Below are positions 27,518 to 36,599 of a stretch of 64,000 bases of DNA, one piece after another. The notes under the pieces were generated by a model. The model had not been told where the DNA came from. It was given only the letters and a program-made list of their open reading frames with translations, and made no database searches. The translations under genes were made by a program, and so were the position numbers. Position 1 is the stretch's first letter. Each line of letters starts with the position of its first letter. This DNA is from Candidatus Methylacidiphilales bacterium (GTDB taxonomy: Bacteria > Verrucomicrobiota > Verrucomicrobiia > Methylacidiphilales > UBA1321), in NCBI GenBank assembly GCA_021272315.1, contig JAJSLI010000108.1:27322-91321 (forward strand). The letters are read 5' to 3'.

Positions 27518-28408
27518 TTAATCGATCAATCGGCGGGTCAGCCCGCCATAGGCGTCGATGCGCCGGTCGCGCAGGAAGGGCCAGTGGGTGCGGGTGACCT
27601 CGACGGTGGCGAGGTCAATTTCGTGAACAAGCACTTCCTCCTGTTCGAGACCGGCCTTGGCGATGATCTGGCCGGAGGTGTTCGCGATAAAGCTCTGGCC
27701 CCAGAACTTGATGCCATCGCCACCCACGGGACACTCGTGGCCGACGCGATTGGCGACGGCGACATAACAGCCGTTGGCGACGGCGTGCGCGCGCTGGATG
27801 GTTTCCCACGAAGAGTGGTGCGCTTCGCCATATTTTTCGCGTTCGCTGGGATGCCAGCCAATGGCCGTGGGATAGAAGAGAATCTGCGCGCCGCTCATGG
27901 CGGTAAGCCGGGCGGCCTCGGGAAACCACTGGTCCCAGCAGATAAGAACGCCGATGCGCCCGAAACGGGTGTTCCACGATTTGAATCCAAGATCACCGGG
28001 CGTGAAGTAAAACTTCTCGTAAAAGAGCGGATCGTCGGGAATGTGCATCTTGCGATACGAACCGAGATAGGAGCCATCGGCGTCGATGACGACGGCGGTG
28101 TTGTGGTAGATGCCGGCGGTGCGGCGCTCAAAAAGCGAAGCCACGACAACGACGCCGCGCGCCCGGGCCAGTTCGCTGAAAGCCTGGGTGCTGGGCCCGC
28201 CGGGGATTTCCTCGGCAAGGGCGAAATTGGCGTGGTCCTCGCTCTGGCAAAAATAGGGAGAGCGAAAGAGCTCCTGCGTGGAAATGATCTGCGCGCCCTG
28301 GTCGGCGGCTCGGTGGGCAAGCTGCAGGGTGCGCTTTAAATTGTAAACCGGGTCGGCGTCGGCCCAAGTCTGCAGGAGTCCAATTTTGATTTTTTGCGAT
28401 GCGGTCAT
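27518..28408 (-). CDS. aguB: N-carbamoylputrescine amidase (carbon-nitrogen hydrolase)
   Basis: TQELF, YRKMHIPDDP.FYEKFYF.PGD, ICWDQWFPEAAR, YPTAIGW; directly upstream of aguA. Confidence 0.92.
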   Translation of the reverse strand: MTASQKIKIGLLQTWADADPVYNLKRTLQLAHRAADQGAQIISTQELFRSPYFCQSEDHANFALAEEIPGGPSTQAFSELARARGVVVVASLFERRTAGIYHNTAVVIDADGSYLGSYRKMHIPDDPLFYEKFYFTPGDLGFKSWNTRFGRIGVLICWDQWFPEAARLTAMSGAQILFYPTAIGWHPSEREKYGEAHHSSWETIQRAHAVANGCYVAVANRVGHECPVGGDGIKFWGQSFIANTSGQIIAKAGLEQEEVLVHEIDLATVEVTRTHWPFLRDRRIDAYGGLTRRLID

Positions 28409-28528
28409 GGAAGTCTCAAACTAAAGCGCGTCGGCGGGATAGGGCAAGGGCCACCTTCAATTTTCCGGTGAAAAGTCCTGGCGGGCGGCAGTTACGTTTC
28501 GCCTAGCCACATGCCGGATGCATCATTT

Positions 28529-29584
28529 TCAGGACGAAGTGTTACTGCCGTCCGCAAGATGGATTTTTTCCTCGAGCGCCTTGAGGCGCTCCACCAGTTC
28601 GGGCAACCGGCGGACGAGGGCCTCGATCTTGAGCGCCTCGCGGATGGGTGCGGCGTGGCGTCCGGCTAAAACAGCGCCGGCGGGAACGTCTTTGTTGATG
28701 CCGGACTGGGCCGTAAGGGTGACGCGGTCGCCCACATTGAGATGACCGGCGAGGCCGACCTGCCCGGCCAGCGTGACATAGCGGCCCAGCGAGGTGCTGC
28801 CGGAGATGCCGCTCTGGGAAACGATGATGGAATGCGCGCCGACCGTGACGTTGTGGGCGATCATGACGAGGTTGTCGATCTTGACGCCTTCGCCGATGTG
28901 GGTGCGACCGAAACGGCCGCGGTCGATGGTGGTATTGGCGCCGATTTCGGCGTCGTCATCGATCTGAACATGACCGGTATGGGCAATCTTAACATGGCGA
29001 CCGGTGCGAGGATCAAAGTCGTAACCAAAACCGTCTGCGCCGATGACCGCGCCGCTGTGGATGATGATGCGGGCGCCAAGGATGCAACGCTCGCGGACGG
29101 TGACGAGCGGGTAGAGTCGTGTTTGCTCTCCGATGACAGCCTGCTCACCGACAAAACAGTTGGCGCCGACGACAACGCGCGGCCCGAGGCGGACTCCGGA
29201 GGAAATGACCGCGTGGGGGCCGACGCTGACACCTTCGCCAATAACGGCGTCGGGCGCAACCACCGCGGTCGGGTGGATGCCTGGCTCGTCCCGGACGGGA
29301 GGCGGGGCGAAAAGTTCCGAGATTTTCGTGAAGGCTTGGCTGGGGGAATCGACGATGATGCGGGTGAAGGTGAACCGGGGAGCGTCTTTGGCCGTAACGA
29401 GGATGGCAGCAGCCCGGCTTTCACGGGCGAGCATTTCGTACTTGGCGTTGCCAAGAAAGGAGATCTCGCCAGGCCCGGCGGAGCGGAGATCGTTGATGCC
29501 GGTGACGCTGGTGTCAGCGCCATCGCCGATGAGGGTGCCGCCGACGTGGGCGGCGAGAGAGCGTACCGTGTGCAGGGAACTCAT
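28529..29584 (-). CDS. lpxD: UDP-3-O-acylglucosamine N-acyltransferase
   Basis: Hexapeptide repeats, GADGFG, IGANTTIDRG, KIDNLVMIAHNV, GISGST. Confidence 0.95.
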   Translation of the reverse strand: MSSLHTVRSLAAHVGGTLIGDGADTSVTGINDLRSAGPGEISFLGNAKYEMLARESRAAAILVTAKDAPRFTFTRIIVDSPSQAFTKISELFAPPPVRDEPGIHPTAVVAPDAVIGEGVSVGPHAVISSGVRLGPRVVVGANCFVGEQAVIGEQTRLYPLVTVRERCILGARIIIHSGAVIGADGFGYDFDPRTGRHVKIAHTGHVQIDDDAEIGANTTIDRGRFGRTHIGEGVKIDNLVMIAHNVTVGAHSIIVSQSGISGSTSLGRYVTLAGQVGLAGHLNVGDRVTLTAQSGINKDVPAGAVLAGRHAAPIREALKIEALVRRLPELVERLKALEEKIHLADGSNTSS

Positions 29585-29651
29585 GTGCCTGTCCCAACCT
29601 ACCGCAGGACCGCGCCGGAGCGCGAGGTTAGAATGATGGGGTTGCCCCCGT

Positions 29652-30287
29652 TCAGGGCGAAGCTCTTACCGGGGCGGTGGAAGGCACAGCCGCACCCGAA
29701 GGCGCACCGGCGGTGGCCGGCGGTGCGTTAAGGTTCAACTGCCGGATGATTTCATCCGTGATGTCGGTGAGCTTGCTGGAATTAAAGAGGATGACGGGAA
29801 GGCCGCTGGAGGCGGAAGCACTGGACTTATCGACCACGATGTCAAAGCCTTGCGGACCCGAGTAATCGTCCACAACCTTGGTGATTTCATCGAGGATTTC
29901 CTTGTGACGGCGCATGACCTCGTCCTGAATTTCGCGTTCGCGCTCCACCTTGGTCTCCTGAATCTTGTTCTGCAAAGTAATCAGATCCTGCTGTTTCTGC
30001 TGGAGGGCCGTGCCCTTGTCTCTTTGGGCGGCGGGGGAGAGGGTGGGATCGTGGGAGGCGTCGTAAAGGTGCTTGGCTTCCTCCTGCATGTTCTCGTATT
30101 CGGTGGTGAGATCGGTCAAATCCTTTTGGGCCGCCTCTTCCTTTTCCTTGATGCGGGCCTCGGCATCCTTGGTTTTGTAGTAGGAATCAAAAGCCTTGCC
30201 GAGATCGATGACGGCAACTTTCAAATCGGCCGAAGCCATCGAAATGGGTGCAAGGACGAGCAAACAGAGGAGCAGTAACTTATTCAT
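29652..30287 (-). CDS. skp: OmpH/Skp periplasmic chaperone
   Basis: Signal peptide, KVAVIDLGKAF, long coiled coil, GFDIVVDK, DITDEII; lies between bamA and lpxD. Confidence 0.9.
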   Translation of the reverse strand: MNKLLLLCLLVLAPISMASADLKVAVIDLGKAFDSYYKTKDAEARIKEKEEAAQKDLTDLTTEYENMQEEAKHLYDASHDPTLSPAAQRDKGTALQQKQQDLITLQNKIQETKVEREREIQDEVMRRHKEILDEITKVVDDYSGPQGFDIVVDKSSASASSGLPVILFNSSKLTDITDEIIRQLNLNAPPATAGAPSGAAVPSTAPVRASP

Positions 30288-30302
30288 GAGCGGAGAAGCC
30301 TT

Positions 30303-32900
30303 TCAAAATTGGTAGCCGACGTCAAAACTAAACTTGCCGGTATTGGAATGATTCCAGCCCTGGTCCTTGTACGGGATGCCGTAATCGAGACGCAGGGGGC
30401 CGATGGGGAGATTGAGGCGCAAGCCGACGCCGGCGGCCATGTTCATCTCTTCCCAGGCATCGGTGTACTCGAAGGGACGGGCATCGAGGAAGCCCATGTC
30501 GTTCCAGACCGCGCCACGGACGCGGTCAATGATCGGGAAGGTCAATTCAATGTTGGAATAGGCCATCGTGTCGCCGCCCAGCGGCTGTTGGTTGTCGTCG
30601 ATCGGACCGATATCGTAATTACCAAAGCCGCGCACGGTGTTGCCGCCGCCGAGGAAGAAGCGGTCAAAGAGGGGCACTTCCGTGCTGTTGCCATACCAGT
30701 CGGCCACACCGGTCGACACGGCGGTCAGGAGGATGAGGTCGTAGGGTAGCGGGAAGTATCTCTTCACCGAGGCCTGGAGCTTGTAGATGTTGGTCTGGCC
30801 CCAAAGCGGGCCACCGGCCAGAGTGGCGGTGATGTCCGCGCGCACGCCGCGCCGCGTCAGCAGAACGCTGTCGCGATTGTCGTAGGCCATGCCCATGGTG
30901 ATGGAGCTTTCACTGCGATAGCCCTGTTCCGCAAGCAACTGGGGGGAAGCACCGGATTGCATGTCGTAGATATCGAACTCCTGGAGGGTGTACCCAACGC
31001 TGCCGCTCCAGAAGGGACCAAAGGCACGGGCCAGGCTGACGGAGGCGCCGTAGTTGCGCTCGTTGTAGTAGGTCGAGAGATAGCTGGCGTTGTGGTAGAA
31101 GAGGTTGTACCCGAGGGAAAGCTGCTGTTCGAGAAACCAGGGTTCCTTGAACTCGACTTCGACGTCCTGACGCTCGAGGCCGTACTGGAGACGAATGCGG
31201 AATTTCTCACCGCCACCGGTGAAGTACGGGAAGTTAAAGAGGTCGAAGTTGCCCTGGCTGATTTCGACAAAGCCGAGGAGGCTGTCGACCGAACTGAAGC
31301 CGGCGCCAAAAGTGATCGATCCGGTGCGCTTTTCCTCAACCGTGACGACCATGTTTTTGCGGTTGGCTACGGTGGTGTCCTGGGGCGAGATGTCGACCTT
31401 CTCGAAGTAGCCGAGGTTCTCGAGGCGCTTCTTGCTGGCATCGGCTTTCACGCTGTCGTAGATCTCTCCCGGGTGGACGAGTATCTCGCGGCGGATGACT
31501 TTGTCCTTGGTGCGGTTGTTGCCCTGGATGATGATCTGTTCGACGTAGGACTGGGATTTCTCGTCGATCTGGTAGAGGATGTCAATCTTGCCGCTGTTCA
31601 CGTTGGGCGTGCGCACCGGGGTGATGTCCGTTTCAATATAGCCTCGCGTACCGTAGAGATCGCGAAGGCGCTTGATATCGTTGTTAAGGGTCGGGAGTTC
31701 CTCGTTGGGTTCCTTGTTTTCGGGCGTGTAGCCCTGCGGGGCGTAAACCTTGCCCTCATCCATGCGGATGTTCTTGAAACCGCGGTAGGTGCGCAATTCG
31801 TCCTTGGTAAAAATGGTGTTGCCGGTGAAATCGATCTTGCCGACGGTGTACTGGATGCCCTCGAAGACGGTGATGGTAACAGTCATCAAGCCCTTCTGCG
31901 GATAGGTGAACTTGACGTCTTTGACCGCCATGTCGATGTAGCCCTTGCTGTAGTAATAGTCGCGGAGATTTTCGAGGTCCTGGCGGAAGTCATCTTCCTT
32001 GAAGAGGCCCGATTTGTTGATGAAGGAGAACATGTTTTTCTTGCGCGTCTTCAAGATCTTGCGCAGCTCCTTCGTGGTGAGGTTCTGATTGCCCACGAAG
32101 TCGACTTCCGTGACGTAATCACGATCCCCCTCGTTGATGATGAAAGTAACGACGGAGCGTCCGAAGTCCTCGTTGGTGTCAATCTTGTAGCTGACCTGCA
32201 CCTGGCTGTAGCCCTTGCCAAGATAGAGATCCTTGATCTTGTCGGCGTCGGTGGAGACTTGCTGCTCACTAAGGGAACTGCCGATCTTGCTTTTGATTTC
32301 CTTTTTGACCCGCGATTCCTTGATTTTGTTCGCGCCGGTGATGACGATTTCCTTCACCAGCGGCTTGGGCTCGACCACGACGTTGACTTTGACGCCGTCG
32401 CCGAGAGGCTCATCCTTGATGGCCAGATTGGTGAAAAAGCCCGTGGCATAGAGATTGCGGACATCTTCCTCAACCGAGTTGGCCGAGTAGGGTTGCCCGA
32501 CGGTGGTGCGCATATTGGAAAGGATGACGGCCTTGGAAACCGTCTTCGGACCGATGTATTGAATGTCGATTTCACGGACGATGGGGCCGTTTTCCGCGGG
32601 ACCGGGCGCCTGGGTGTCGGGAGCCCCGACGATTTTCTTGACCCGGCCATTCGGGCCAACCTGCGGAGGAGTTGTATTATCGGTTGCCGGCGGGGTCGCG
32701 CTTGGGTTCTGATCCGGCGAAACAGGTGTGGCTGTGGTGCCAGCCGGCGTAGCGGGTGTGGCAGACTGCGCAGGAGCGTTGGCGTCGGGAGAATTGGTCG
32801 TCTGAGGGAAGGCACCCTCGGACGGAAGAAGGAAGATGAGAAGGAGCGCCAAGGATCTGGCAACCCAAGATCGTCTCATTCGTCCAGTAAAATGTTTCAA
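30303..32900 (-). CDS. bamA: Outer membrane protein assembly factor BamA
   Basis: POTRA repeats, RTKDKVIRRE, LENLGYF, FFLGGGNTVRGF, LNLPIGPLRLDYG, C-terminal FDVGYQF; Pro/Ala/Thr-rich linker after the signal peptide. Confidence 0.95.
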   Translation of the reverse strand: MKHFTGRMRRSWVARSLALLLIFLLPSEGAFPQTTNSPDANAPAQSATPATPAGTTATPVSPDQNPSATPPATDNTTPPQVGPNGRVKKIVGAPDTQAPGPAENGPIVREIDIQYIGPKTVSKAVILSNMRTTVGQPYSANSVEEDVRNLYATGFFTNLAIKDEPLGDGVKVNVVVEPKPLVKEIVITGANKIKESRVKKEIKSKIGSSLSEQQVSTDADKIKDLYLGKGYSQVQVSYKIDTNEDFGRSVVTFIINEGDRDYVTEVDFVGNQNLTTKELRKILKTRKKNMFSFINKSGLFKEDDFRQDLENLRDYYYSKGYIDMAVKDVKFTYPQKGLMTVTITVFEGIQYTVGKIDFTGNTIFTKDELRTYRGFKNIRMDEGKVYAPQGYTPENKEPNEELPTLNNDIKRLRDLYGTRGYIETDITPVRTPNVNSGKIDILYQIDEKSQSYVEQIIIQGNNRTKDKVIRREILVHPGEIYDSVKADASKKRLENLGYFEKVDISPQDTTVANRKNMVVTVEEKRTGSITFGAGFSSVDSLLGFVEISQGNFDLFNFPYFTGGGEKFRIRLQYGLERQDVEVEFKEPWFLEQQLSLGYNLFYHNASYLSTYYNERNYGASVSLARAFGPFWSGSVGYTLQEFDIYDMQSGASPQLLAEQGYRSESSITMGMAYDNRDSVLLTRRGVRADITATLAGGPLWGQTNIYKLQASVKRYFPLPYDLILLTAVSTGVADWYGNSTEVPLFDRFFLGGGNTVRGFGNYDIGPIDDNQQPLGGDTMAYSNIELTFPIIDRVRGAVWNDMGFLDARPFEYTDAWEEMNMAAGVGLRLNLPIGPLRLDYGIPYKDQGWNHSNTGKFSFDVGYQF

Positions 32901-33062
32901 ATCTCCCCCTTCATTTTGGAACCAAGTAGCTTAGGCATATTAGTTCAGCGCCAAAAGCACATTATCCTCATCTCGGCTGAAATTTGGAGATGAGGCTACT
33001 AAACGTCAAGAGAATAACAAGGGGCCTTTTGGCACCCCTCTGGCCGTTCTCTGTAAACAACT

Positions 33063-33587
33063 CTAAGCCTTTTTGGCCTTGGGCTTTTTACCACCCTTGG
33101 TTTCAGTCGATTCTCCTTCGGCGCCTTCCTTGGGCGCAGGGTGGTTAACCGTAATATGGAGGGTGGCCTGAATCTCGGCCGCGAGTTTGACGGTGACCTC
33201 GTGTTCGCCGAGCTCCTTGATTGGCTTGGGCAGGTCGATCTTCTTGCGGTCAATGTCGTAGCCCGCTTCCTTGAGCTTGTTGGCGATATCCTGGTTGGTG
33301 ACGGCGCCGAAGCTCTTTTCCTGACCTTCGCCCGACTCGAGGATGAAGACGAGTTTGAGTTTGCCGAGCTTGCCGGAGAATTCCTGAGCTTCGTTCAACT
33401 CACGGGCTTCGCGCTCGGCGCGCTTGCGCTTGAGTTCCTCAACCTGGCGCTTGGTGGCGAGGGTGGCGGGAGCGGCAAAATCTTTCGGGATAAGAAAGTT
33501 GCGGGCGTAGCCGGGCTTGACCGAGACGATGTCGGCTTCGCTGCCCAAGCCTTCGATTTTGGTTTTGAGAATGACTTCGACGGGCAT
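33063..33587 (-). CDS. rplI: 50S ribosomal protein L9
   Basis: MPVEVILK..GLG...VSVKPGYARNFLIP, FGAVT, PIKELGEHEV. Start reset to ATG 33587. Confidence 0.95.
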   Translation of the reverse strand: MPVEVILKTKIEGLGSEADIVSVKPGYARNFLIPKDFAAPATLATKRQVEELKRKRAEREARELNEAQEFSGKLGKLKLVFILESGEGQEKSFGAVTNQDIANKLKEAGYDIDRKKIDLPKPIKELGEHEVTVKLAAEIQATLHITVNHPAPKEGAEGESTETKGGKKPKAKKA

Positions 33588-33746
33588 AAGGAGATGTGAG
33601 TTGAGGGTTGAGCCGTGCCAGGACGAGACCGGCGCTGCAACGGCAGTTGGACAGCCTGCCAAAGCCACCAGAGGAGTCAACGCGATTTTTGAGTCATGGA
33701 CCATTCCCTGTTTACTTTCATCGGAGAAAAAATAAAGCTAACGGTG

Positions 33747-34442
33747 ATGTTTTCTCCAACGAAGCCACAGACGTTGATCATTTTTGACGTGGACGGCACC
33801 CTCCTCGACGCCAACTCGATTGATTACGGTTGTTTCGACCGTGCTTTCTATGAAGTTACGGGAGTGAATTTATCTGCGTCCATGTGGTTACAGTTCAAGG
33901 AAGTAACCACACAGGCTATTGTTCATCAGGCTCTTGGTGACACATGGCCGGATATTGCTTCGACAAAGATTCGGGTTAAGGAAATTTTCCTCGAGAACCT
34001 GCGCACAAGCCTCGTTGGAAATCCAACCGCGTTCTGTGCGATCGACGGAGCCGTCAGCCTCCTTTCATCCTTGAAAACGAGTCCGGACTTCCGTGTGGCC
34101 ATTGCCACCGGATGTTGGAGGGAAACCGCGCACTTCAAATTGAAGGCTGCCGGGTTTGATCTGGCGGACATCCCCTTTGCCTGCGCATCCGATTGTTATG
34201 CCCGGGCGGAAATTATTTCGCTTGCCGCCAGCCGCGCCGGCATACCCGTGGAACAAGCGATTTATGTTGGCGATGGCATCTGGGATTTAAGAGCGACACA
34301 GAAACTCGGAATTCCTTTCATCGGGGTGGGACGCGGAACGGACGCATTGCGTCAAGCTGGCGCTAAATTTACGTTGGACTTGCTGAATGCAGACGCCCTA
34401 TCCCAAGTCGTGAGACAAATATTGAGAATTGGGGAATCATGA
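33747..34442 (+). CDS. HAD-superfamily hydrolase
   Basis: IFDVDGTLLD, AIATG, YVGDGIWDLRA; lower GC than its neighbours. Start set at ATG 33747. Confidence 0.88.
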   Translation: MFSPTKPQTLIIFDVDGTLLDANSIDYGCFDRAFYEVTGVNLSASMWLQFKEVTTQAIVHQALGDTWPDIASTKIRVKEIFLENLRTSLVGNPTAFCAIDGAVSLLSSLKTSPDFRVAIATGCWRETAHFKLKAAGFDLADIPFACASDCYARAEIISLAASRAGIPVEQAIYVGDGIWDLRATQKLGIPFIGVGRGTDALRQAGAKFTLDLLNADALSQVVRQILRIGES

Positions 34443-34455
34443 CGAAACTCACCGT

Positions 34456-35460
34456 CTACGGCTTCAACGCCTGGATGAGAATTTCCACGCGGCGGTTGGG
34501 CTGCTGCTGGTCGATGGTACCCTGCGGACTGACGATGTAATCGGCGCTGCCATGGCCCTGGGAGCGGAATTTGTAGGTGCCCTGAGCCGCATGATCCTGG
34601 AGCCAGGACTGGACCGCTTCGGCCCGCTGCTGGGAGAGGGTCGCATTGTAATCGGGTTTGCCGAAAGAATCAGAGTACCCGTCGATCTGGACGTTGGCCT
34701 GCGGATACTTCGTGATCAGGCCGACAGCCTGCGTCAGAAGCGGCGCGGCCTCGGGCTTGAGCTGGGCCGAGTCGAAATCGAAGAGAACGTCGCTGGGCAG
34801 GCGCAGCAGAACCGGCTCGGGCAGATTGGAAACGGCGGTGTTGGCGCGAAAAGCGGGCACGAGCTGGGCAAAGCCGGGGAGTGTGCCCTCGCTGCCGTTG
34901 CCGGTGACCTGCGAGCCGCTGGGCAGGCCGGGCTGAGGCAGCCCTGCCGTGGCGCTGATCAGGTCCTGCGCCGTTTTTGAGGCGAGGGCCGGGCTGCCGA
35001 CGGCGCCGGGTTCGACCTTGGCGATTTCAGCGGTGACCTGGGCCTGGTCGGACTCGGCAAAAGGAAGACCCTGCCCCAGGTCGGTGGCGGCGATGACGCG
35101 CGCCGGCTCCGGCACGGAGGGAGTGCTGAGCGAGGCTTGCGGCGTCTGGAGCGTCTTCTCGACGAGATTCGGGTCGAGGTTGAACTGGGAGGGATTTTTA
35201 GGCGGCTCGGCCACGGGAAGCCGCGCGATGGGATTGTCCTGCTCGGCCTTGATCGAGTCGGGGTTGATCTCGATTTCCTTCACGTTGAAGGGCCCGACCG
35301 AAGCGTGCTGGTCGAAATAGGGCGTCTTGAGTCCTGGAATCTTGTACCAGCCGAGCAGCCCAGCGACGATAAGATGGATCAGGAAGGCGATCCCGATCGC
35401 GCCGAAAATCCACCGTTTTTGCAGGCGGTCGAAATCGGCATGGACGCCAAGGATGGGCAT
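34456..35460 (-). CDS. OmpA/MotB-family protein with N-terminal TM anchor and Pro-rich linker
   Basis: LPSDVLFDFDSAQL, IDGYSDSFG..YN..LSQQRAEAV, NRRVEI. Confidence 0.88.
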   Translation of the reverse strand: MPILGVHADFDRLQKRWIFGAIGIAFLIHLIVAGLLGWYKIPGLKTPYFDQHASVGPFNVKEIEINPDSIKAEQDNPIARLPVAEPPKNPSQFNLDPNLVEKTLQTPQASLSTPSVPEPARVIAATDLGQGLPFAESDQAQVTAEIAKVEPGAVGSPALASKTAQDLISATAGLPQPGLPSGSQVTGNGSEGTLPGFAQLVPAFRANTAVSNLPEPVLLRLPSDVLFDFDSAQLKPEAAPLLTQAVGLITKYPQANVQIDGYSDSFGKPDYNATLSQQRAEAVQSWLQDHAAQGTYKFRSQGHGSADYIVSPQGTIDQQQPNRRVEILIQALKP

Positions 35461-35550
35461 AAGAAGAATCGAAGTTTTGACGGAATTAACGAATGCGAGG
35501 GGCTTATTCTTGAGACGCGCTCCGGCCCGGCCTCGTTCATCGTTTTTACC

Positions 35551-35982
35551 TCATCCCGCGGCCTGGCGGGATGGGCGCAGGAGTTCTTTTTTCACCCGGT
35601 CGAGGAGGCCGTTGACGAACTTGCCCGATTCGGCGGTACTGAATTTTTTGGCGATCTCGATGGCCTCGTTGATCGAGACGACGGGCGGAATCTCGGGCCG
35701 AAAAAGCATTTCATAAACGGCAAGACGCAGAATGTTGCGGTCAACGACGGCGAGCCGCTCGAAGTCCCAGTTATCGGCCAGGGTACGAATTTTGGTGTCA
35801 ACCTCGGGGAGTTTTTCGAGCACCCCGCGCAGAAGATCGTCGGCAAAATCGCGCACGTTCTGCGGTTCGTCGTTCTGTTTCCAGAAAGCGGCCCGCGCCT
35901 CTTCGATGTTCCCGGGACGGCGAACGTCGACCTGGTAAAGAAACTGCATGGCGGCTTCCCGGCCGTCGCGGCGCAGGCCCAT
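35551..35982 (-). CDS. nusB: Transcription antitermination factor NusB
   Basis: REAAMQFLYQ, VDRNILRLAVYEM, INEAIEIAKKF, FVNGLLD. Start ATG 35982. Confidence 0.95.
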   Translation of the reverse strand: MGLRRDGREAAMQFLYQVDVRRPGNIEEARAAFWKQNDEPQNVRDFADDLLRGVLEKLPEVDTKIRTLADNWDFERLAVVDRNILRLAVYEMLFRPEIPPVVSINEAIEIAKKFSTAESGKFVNGLLDRVKKELLRPSRQAAG

Positions 35983-35984
35983 GG

Positions 35985-36419
35985 CTATTTCCTCCCCGGA
36001 GGATGATCGCGCGCAACCTTGACCGCCGCCTCGGCCGCCTGACGTCCGCGGTTGAGTTTCCGGCCCATGCAACGGGCGCGGGCCTCGGCCTCGGTCCGGA
36101 CGGCGAGGACTTCGTGGATGACGGGAACGTCGGTCTCGAGCGAGATACGCATCAGGGCGTCGGTGACGGCCCGGAGAATTTCCTGTGCGTGCAGGGTGCG
36201 GCCCTGCCAAATCACGCCGAGGGCGATGACCGCGGCGTAGCGGCCCGTGCGGGCGAGGCGCTGGACTTGGAGGGGAATCTCGTAAGCGCCGGGAACCCGG
36301 ATAACTTTTTGCCCGTAACCCCGCAGGGCCGCCTGCGCGGAGGCGAGAAGCGCGTCGGTGTACTTGCGGTTGAATTCGCTGGCGACAATCACAAAGCTGG
36401 GCTGAAAAGAACGGGCCAT
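35985..36419 (-). CDS. ribH: 6,7-dimethyl-8-ribityllumazine synthase
   Basis: IVASEFN, RVPGAYEIP, AVIALG..G.T.H, PVIHEVL; upstream of nusB. Start ATG 36419. Confidence 0.9.
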   Translation of the reverse strand: MARSFQPSFVIVASEFNRKYTDALLASAQAALRGYGQKVIRVPGAYEIPLQVQRLARTGRYAAVIALGVIWQGRTLHAQEILRAVTDALMRISLETDVPVIHEVLAVRTEAEARARCMGRKLNRGRQAAEAAVKVARDHPPGRK

Positions 36420-36599
36420 AAGGCGAACGGCGACTTTCGCGGAAAACGAAGCGAACGACAAGAGGAACGTTTTGCATAGTGTGCTGCCATTACCTCAACA
36501 TCCCGCCAATGTGACAAATAGGTAATTCTTTCTTTCACCGAACCATTGCGGTGGACAAATCCGGCGGCAGCAACTACCTACGGAGAAAGTCTTTCCGTC

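Noticed and set aside
30957-32993. 678-aa plus-strand ORF, and similar long antisense ORFs such as 18588..20063, 36840..38198 and 43863..45278
   Set aside because: Each lies opposite a well-supported gene and has the composition typical of antisense frames.
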